Positions 43,752-47,902 of a stretch of 47,902 nucleotides of DNA are shown here, piece after piece. The notes beneath the pieces are model-generated. The model was not told the origin of the DNA and made no database searches. It worked only from the letters and a program-made list of their open reading frames with translations. Numbering within the stretch: the stretch's first letter is position 1; each line of letters starts with the position of its first letter. Both the position numbers and the translations under genes were made by a program. Origin of the DNA: a virus (lineage: Duplodnaviria; Caudoviricetes); IMG/VR virus record IMGVR_UViG_3300020045_002682, positions 1-47,902 of that record, one strand, 5' to 3'.

Positions 43752-44168
43752 TCACTTAATCCGAGTGCAGAATACGCCAGCATTCGTGGTTTTGGTCTTA
43801 ACCGAACCTTTACCGAAACGAATGTTGGCACCGGAAGAGATAGAAGACTGAATCTTCAGCCTGTCTTCCTTGCTATGAGCGGTTATGAAAAACCTATCAC
43901 CAACCTCTGCCAGTTCATGCCACGGGTATTTATTCCCAGGCTTCAGGAGTTCTTCAGGCCAGTCCCGCTTTTCGCCGAGAAATTCCACGCGGCAAGGCCC
44001 GGTCATTTCCGCCCGAAGGTTGTCGAGGATACCTAGAGCGGTGTCCCCGTCGATAATCGCCATAGCGGCCTCATGGAGCAAGTCTCGCTGCTTGCCGTAC
44101 TTGCCGCACTGCATTGTTGTGAGGATCATCATGAGGGCCTTTGCGTGGGCCTTAGCTGCATATTCCAT
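43752..44168 (-). CDS. Hypothetical protein with KYPW..EVGDRFF domain
   Basis: Paralogous to 44882..45112. Confidence 0.7.
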   Translation of the reverse strand: MEYAAKAHAKALMMILTTMQCGKYGKQRDLLHEAAMAIIDGDTALGILDNLRAEMTGPCRVEFLGEKRDWPEELLKPGNKYPWHELAEVGDRFFITAHSKEDRLKIQSSISSGANIRFGKGSVKTKTTNAGVFCTRIK

Positions 44169-44599
44169 TATGTGTAATCCGGTTCGTAGCTGCGATCATT
44201 TGCGGCATAGTCAGTTTCATCGGCCCACTTATGCCATTTCCTTTTTAGCCACATGGGGAAGTCCGACCATTCCTGCGGGGTGATGGCATCCCCGCCGAGA
44301 TAGCTCATCAACTCCGCGATGGCTGGTACATCACCTGCCGAGAATTGTGTAATCGGCTGCGGCATGTGAATTTCCACATGTTCATGATTAGCAACCTCTT
44401 CCGCAATGTCTTCTGCGTCCATTTCGTTGATACGATCAAGACGAGTCAAGAAAAGGGGCTCGAATAAACCGCCATTGCTGATTTTGTAGCAATAATCGAT
44501 AGCGTCATAATGCTCTTCGAACCTGCGAAAATGTACTGAACCGTCATCTATATTGCGATATTTAAGAATCAGATGAGCGAACTTTACGCCTTTGGCCAC
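44168..44599 (-). CDS. Hypothetical protein
   Basis: AAGGAG RBS before GTG 44599. Confidence 0.65.
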   Translation of the reverse strand: MAKGVKFAHLILKYRNIDDGSVHFRRFEEHYDAIDYCYKISNGGLFEPLFLTRLDRINEMDAEDIAEEVANHEHVEIHMPQPITQFSAGDVPAIAELMSYLGGDAITPQEWSDFPMWLKRKWHKWADETDYAANDRSYEPDYT

Positions 44600-44885
44600 G
44601 GGCAATCTCCTTTCTGATATATTCTGGATCGAATTTGTTGAGGTGGGCGCGATATTCCTTACGGGCCGCGCTCTTCGCCTTGATCTGCGCATCCGTAGCC
44701 CTGATGTGCATTCCGCCTTCGTCGAAGGTGACTTCATAAGCATCGGGAGCGGCTAGGATGCGCTGGTGGACGATGCCGCCTTCAAACTCCCCTTCATAGT
44801 ATACGCTATGAGCCTCCACACCCCGAGCACCGCCCCATGCACCCTCAACGCCATAAGGTATGCCAGTTTCGATTTTAACCCTCAT
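44562..44885 (-). CDS. Hypothetical protein
   Basis: GGAGG RBS; ATGA coupling. Confidence 0.7.
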   Translation of the reverse strand: MRVKIETGIPYGVEGAWGGARGVEAHSVYYEGEFEGGIVHQRILAAPDAYEVTFDEGGMHIRATDAQIKAKSAARKEYRAHLNKFDPEYIRKEIARGQRRKVRSSDS

Positions 44886-45112
44886 ACAAGCCTCCAGATG
44901 CGCAGACCACCATCCATCTTCTTAGTCTTGAACTTCGCCCCATAGAGCGGCCCCTGACGCAATGCGTAGGCATGGGCCTTACTCCCGTTCTTGTCGCCGG
45001 GATAGAACACGCTCTGTCCTGGCTCCATCTCAGCAAAGGGGTATTTCGAGGGCTTTCCCCCAAAGCCGCGATAGGGCTTGTCGTCGGGAATGGGGTATCC
45101 GTCTTCGATCAA
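44882..45112 (-). CDS. Small basic putative DNA-binding protein (KYPFAEMEPGQS family)
   Basis: AGGAG RBS; first gene after the minus promoter TTGACA(45167-45162)-17-TACAAG. Confidence 0.7.
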   Translation of the reverse strand: MIEDGYPIPDDKPYRGFGGKPSKYPFAEMEPGQSVFYPGDKNGSKAHAYALRQGPLYGAKFKTKKMDGGLRIWRLV

Positions 45113-45519
45113 CGCACGTCTCCTGTTACGATTTCACACTTGTAGCGACTCATAAAAGTTATGTCAAGGGGTGCATTCATGATTAGTTGTCCCGAATCCG
45201 TGGAAGTCCCGCGCGTGCACATATATTTGCTTTCCTGACAGAATAAATAGAAATATATAAATGATGTACTTAGTCTTCTCAGGCGATAGTGACAACTCGG
45301 ACAGAAAACATAGGAGTGAATAGGAGTTTGGCTTGGAAACTGTCAAAAGTGTCCTGTAATGTGGGTTTATGAACGATTGTTCACGTCCTATTATTACCCG
45401 GATAATATTCCGATTAATACCCGGATAAAAACATCGTGCTTCCATAGCCGGTCCACCGCAAAATAATCCCTTGACCGCATCCAGGCGCTAGGGCATGGAG
45501 CGCTGAGAAGGAGATTGAC
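45113..45519. other. Largest non-coding region: divergent early promoters, AT-rich core, direct repeats (candidate ori/pac)
   Basis: TACCCGGATAA at 45395 and 45418; ATAGGAGT twice; TTGACC at 45471. Confidence 0.5.
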
Positions 45520-45747
45520 ATGCGAGTGAAGAACTGGACTAAGGGTGAGTGGTTGGCTCATGGCCCCTATGTTGATTTTGGGATCGAGTACGCCGCCGAT
45601 GTCGGGCCTGCCAACGCCCAACTAATCTCGGCAGCACCTGAACTGGTCGAGGCGCTGGAGGGTATGCTAGACCCGGATATGAGCATGAGAGAGGCTATCT
45701 GCATAGCCGAACGCGCCCTAGCCAAAGCCTATGGAGAAAAGGTATGA
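45520..45747 (+). CDS. Hypothetical early protein (ANAxLIxAAPEL family)
   Basis: GAGAAGGAG RBS. Confidence 0.75.
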   Translation: MRVKNWTKGEWLAHGPYVDFGIEYAADVGPANAQLISAAPELVEALEGMLDPDMSMREAICIAERALAKAYGEKV

Positions 45748-45962
45748 ACATGATTGAGCGAGTGCAGGAAGCGATATGGCAGATAGGAGCCGCTAACGAC
45801 ATAACCCAAGAGGATGCGCGTCATCTAGCCCGCGCTGCTATCGAGGCGATGCTGGAGCCTACGCAGGGTATGGAGCAGGCTGGCTTTAGGGTGCAGCAAT
45901 GGGAGCATGGCCTTATTGGCGCTTACCAATCCATGATCCGCGCAGCACTGGAGGAAAGCTAA
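45744..45962 (+). CDS. Hypothetical early protein (ARAAIEAMxEPT family)
   Basis: ATGA coupling. Confidence 0.75.
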   Translation: MNMIERVQEAIWQIGAANDITQEDARHLARAAIEAMLEPTQGMEQAGFRVQQWEHGLIGAYQSMIRAALEES

Positions 45963-46089
45963 TGCTATACGCAGAAAAATCATACGCAGGCCCCGACGCA
46001 TGGGGTAGGACGTTCCATGCCACGCACTACTGGCACATCGCGGCTTGGAAGGAGCATGAGCGGGTTAAGGCAAAGAAGGAGAAAATGAA

Positions 46090-46638
46090 GTGAGTGACAT
46101 TTTAATCAAGGCAGACATTTTTGAAGCCGCATCGCTTTGTATGTCAAAAAATAAAATCCGCTACTACCTTGAAGGAATCCATCTTGGAGGGGGTAGGCTA
46201 ACCGCAACCGATGGGCACCGCATTTTCACGGCAGATCAGGAAACGGGCGAAGAACTTATCATCCCGGCATGGGTGGTTAAGATCGCCATGAAGGATATCA
46301 AAAATGCTGGCTCCGTAATCCTGCGCGGACATGAACTTATCGTTGGAGATAAAGGTTTTTGGTTTACGCCTATCGACGCCGCATACCCAGACTACAAGCG
46401 CGCAATCCCGGCTGAAATGGGCGAGGAAAAAGCCGCGCACTTCGATCCTAAATACTATGCCGATCTAGGCAAGATGGCTAAGATTTTGACCGGAAGCACG
46501 ACGGGCTTTGATATCAAGCATAATGGCGAAGCACCATGCGGCGTACTGTTCGGTGATAGGGAGGACTGCCTAGCAGTTATCATGCCGGTTAGGCAGAATA
46601 ATAGGCGGGTCTGGAAGGGCCTGCGAACCGCACCATAA
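46090..46638 (+). CDS. Truncated DNA polymerase III beta-clamp-like protein
   Basis: RYYLEGI, ATDGHR, IDAAYPDYKRAIP, FDPKY, VIMPVR. Confidence 0.75.
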   Translation: MSDILIKADIFEAASLCMSKNKIRYYLEGIHLGGGRLTATDGHRIFTADQETGEELIIPAWVVKIAMKDIKNAGSVILRGHELIVGDKGFWFTPIDAAYPDYKRAIPAEMGEEKAAHFDPKYYADLGKMAKILTGSTTGFDIKHNGEAPCGVLFGDREDCLAVIMPVRQNNRRVWKGLRTAP

Positions 46639-46689
46639 AAAAGGGCCTCCCGCAAAGGAGGCCCCTAAGTTTATATAGAGAAGGAGTGC
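46637..46689 (-). ncRNA. Candidate anti-SD small RNA (~53 nt)
   Basis: GCACUCCUUCUCUAUAUAAACUUAG followed by a GGGCCUCC/GGAGGCCC stem and U6; CGGTAG-18-CTA box upstream. Confidence 0.5.
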
Positions 46690-46734
46690 GGGCAAGGTAG
46701 CTGCAAAAAATATGCCCGCTACCGCTTTTAGGTG

Positions 46735-46763
46735 TTGACGGCTGGATGGTGTGGGTTCATAAG
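46735..46763 (+). promoter_or_regulatory. Early sigma70-like promoter
   Basis: AGGTGTTGACG-17-CATAAG. Confidence 0.7.
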
Positions 46764-46794
46764 GGGTTCACAGAGACGGAATGGAGTGAAAACA

Positions 46795-47019
46795 ATGTGG
46801 ACCCGCAGCGCACGTAAGCCCGAAGGTTTCCTGGTCGAAGTTAATGACTGGAACGGCAAGATGGTTCACTCAGCTTGGTATCAGACCGTTGCTGAGGCGC
46901 AGGAAGCGGGGCAACATTGGGAACGCTTAGTAACTCTCGGCCTTGTGGATGGGGAGCCTGTCATGACGCTGGATGAAATAATGAGCGATGATGACTTGCT
47001 CGCAGAACTTCTAGGATAA
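46795..47019 (+). CDS. Hypothetical early protein
   Basis: GGAG RBS; own promoter and terminator. Confidence 0.7.
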   Translation: MWTRSARKPEGFLVEVNDWNGKMVHSAWYQTVAEAQEAGQHWERLVTLGLVDGEPVMTLDEIMSDDDLLAELLG

Positions 47020-47053
47020 AAAGAACCCCGGCCATAAACCGGGGTTTTTATTT
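47018..47053. terminator. Intrinsic terminator
   Basis: AACCCCGG-CCATAAA-CCGGGGTTTTT. Confidence 0.85.
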
Positions 47054-47069
47054 GCGCGCAAAAAAGGTG

Positions 47070-47098
47070 TTGACGTGCCTTCTTGATGCGTTCATATC
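47070..47098 (+). promoter_or_regulatory. Early sigma70-like promoter
   Basis: AGGTGTTGACG-17-CATATC, near copy of the 46735 promoter. Confidence 0.7.
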
Positions 47099-47124
47099 TT
47101 GTTCAACGAGAACGGAGAATGATT

Positions 47125-47340
47125 ATGACCAAGCCCACCATCAAGCAGATTGTCGCGGAAATGAACAAGAACGGTTCGCCGGTTCGCCTTGATATCCGCA
47201 ACCTCCCTATGTTCGGTGGCTGGTGCATCGAAGGTCAAGACTTCCTTCCTCTCGGCGGTGCATTCAAGACTCACGAAGACGCCTGCGCTGCACGTAGCAA
47301 GGCACTGGTTAAGGCTTGGGAGATTTACGACGCCGCTTAA
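47125..47340 (+). CDS. Hypothetical early protein
   Basis: GGAG RBS; monocistronic unit. Confidence 0.7.
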   Translation: MTKPTIKQIVAEMNKNGSPVRLDIRNLPMFGGWCIEGQDFLPLGGAFKTHEDACAARSKALVKAWEIYDAA

Positions 47341-47359
47341 AAAGCGCAGCACTGTCAAC

Positions 47360-47388
47360 AAAAAAGGCCCCAAACGGGGCCTTTTCTT
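47360..47388. terminator. Bidirectional intrinsic terminator
   Basis: AAAAAAGGCCCC-AAAC-GGGGCCTTTT between convergent genes. Confidence 0.85.
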
Positions 47389-47560
47389 ATGGTTCATACT
47401 CAATCCCAAACCGCCGCAAAAACACTATAGCCGCTTCATAATCCTCCCTTTCATAATACGGCCCTCCACAACACTCTGGATCACCACAAGACGTATCAGT
47501 CTCATATCCAACGATATCGTTCATGGCGTTAATGACTTCCTGCATTTCTTGTAGGTTCAT
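47387..47560 (-). CDS. 57-aa acidic protein with SCGDPECCG
   Basis: GAGGG RBS directly after the primase stop. Confidence 0.65.
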   Translation of the reverse strand: MNLQEMQEVINAMNDIVGYETDTSCGDPECCGGPYYEREDYEAAIVFLRRFGIEYEP

Positions 47561-47564
47561 GTTA

Positions 47565-47902
47565 TCACCCCTCAGCCAGCTTCCTAATCAAAGCCACCGT
47601 ATTCTCCCGGCGCTCCCGCTCACCGGTCGAGCGCTCCTTATACAACTCATGCACACGCGGGTTAACTACAGCCATGAACTTGTCCCCGCGCGACTTTATC
47701 TCGTTCAGCCATCCAAACGCCTCTAGCTGCTGACAGATAGGCTCAACCTGGAACTTGGTTAGCTTACGCATCCGGGTAGAGCCGCGCTGGAATGTCCGCA
47801 TAGTGATCGTGTCAAGGTTATGCGCCACGATATAACCCGCGATATCCTCAATGACGGGCTGGTCCTCGGACAAGCCTAGAACGCCATTATAGAACGCCAT
47901 AC
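47565..47902 (-). CDS. 3' end of the primase/helicase (joins 1..2132)
   Basis: In frame across the circular junction; C-terminal wHTH-like LEAFGWL. Confidence 0.9.
   Translation of the reverse strand, partial: MAFYNGVLGLSEDQPVIEDIAGYIVAHNLDTITMRTFQRGSTRMRKLTKFQVEPICQQLEAFGWLNEIKSRGDKFMAVVNPRVHELYKERSTGERERRENTVALIRKLAEG
47782..47902. repeat. Terminal direct repeat, right copy
   Basis: Identical to 1-121. Confidence 0.97.

Noticed and set aside
1-47902. Integrase/repressor, tRNA, CRISPR array, reverse transcriptase/DGR, inteins
   Set aside because: None recognised by eye; tRNAscan-SE and HMM searches would be needed to exclude divergent cases

Overview
The window is a complete, circularly assembled tailed-phage genome of about 47,781 bp. 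Bases 1-121 are identical to 47782-47902. It is siphovirus-like (953-aa tape measure protein, no sheath gene). No integrase or repressor was recognised, so it is probably lytic, and gene families suggest an alphaproteobacterial (Sphingomonadales/Caulobacterales-like) host; both points are inference. Modules: (i) a CHC2-Toprim-DUF3987 primase/helicase running across the window ends; (ii) a recombination/replication operon (Sak4-like ATPase, DUF669-type SSB, HNH, endonuclease VII-like, YqaJ exonuclease, two DNA methyltransferases, SF2 helicase, VRR-NUC); (iii) host-takeover/nucleotide genes (DnaA C-terminal-like, MazG, ECF-type sigma factor, lone RNR beta subunit, half-size beta-clamp, DfrB-like SH3 protein); (iv) a minus-strand virion module from terminase to tail fibre, followed by a membrane-protein-rich lysis cassette and an appendage module; (v) many small early genes. 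The most notable unexplained signals are a recurring CGGTA(A/G) box at a near-fixed distance upstream of SD-poor structural genes (candidate leaderless late promoters), a ~53-nt anti-Shine-Dalgarno sRNA candidate behind the same box, and a coupled Pro/Gly micro-peptide plus 4-TM protein pair at the head of the lysis cassette. All family assignments come from motif recognition by eye; no database search was run.
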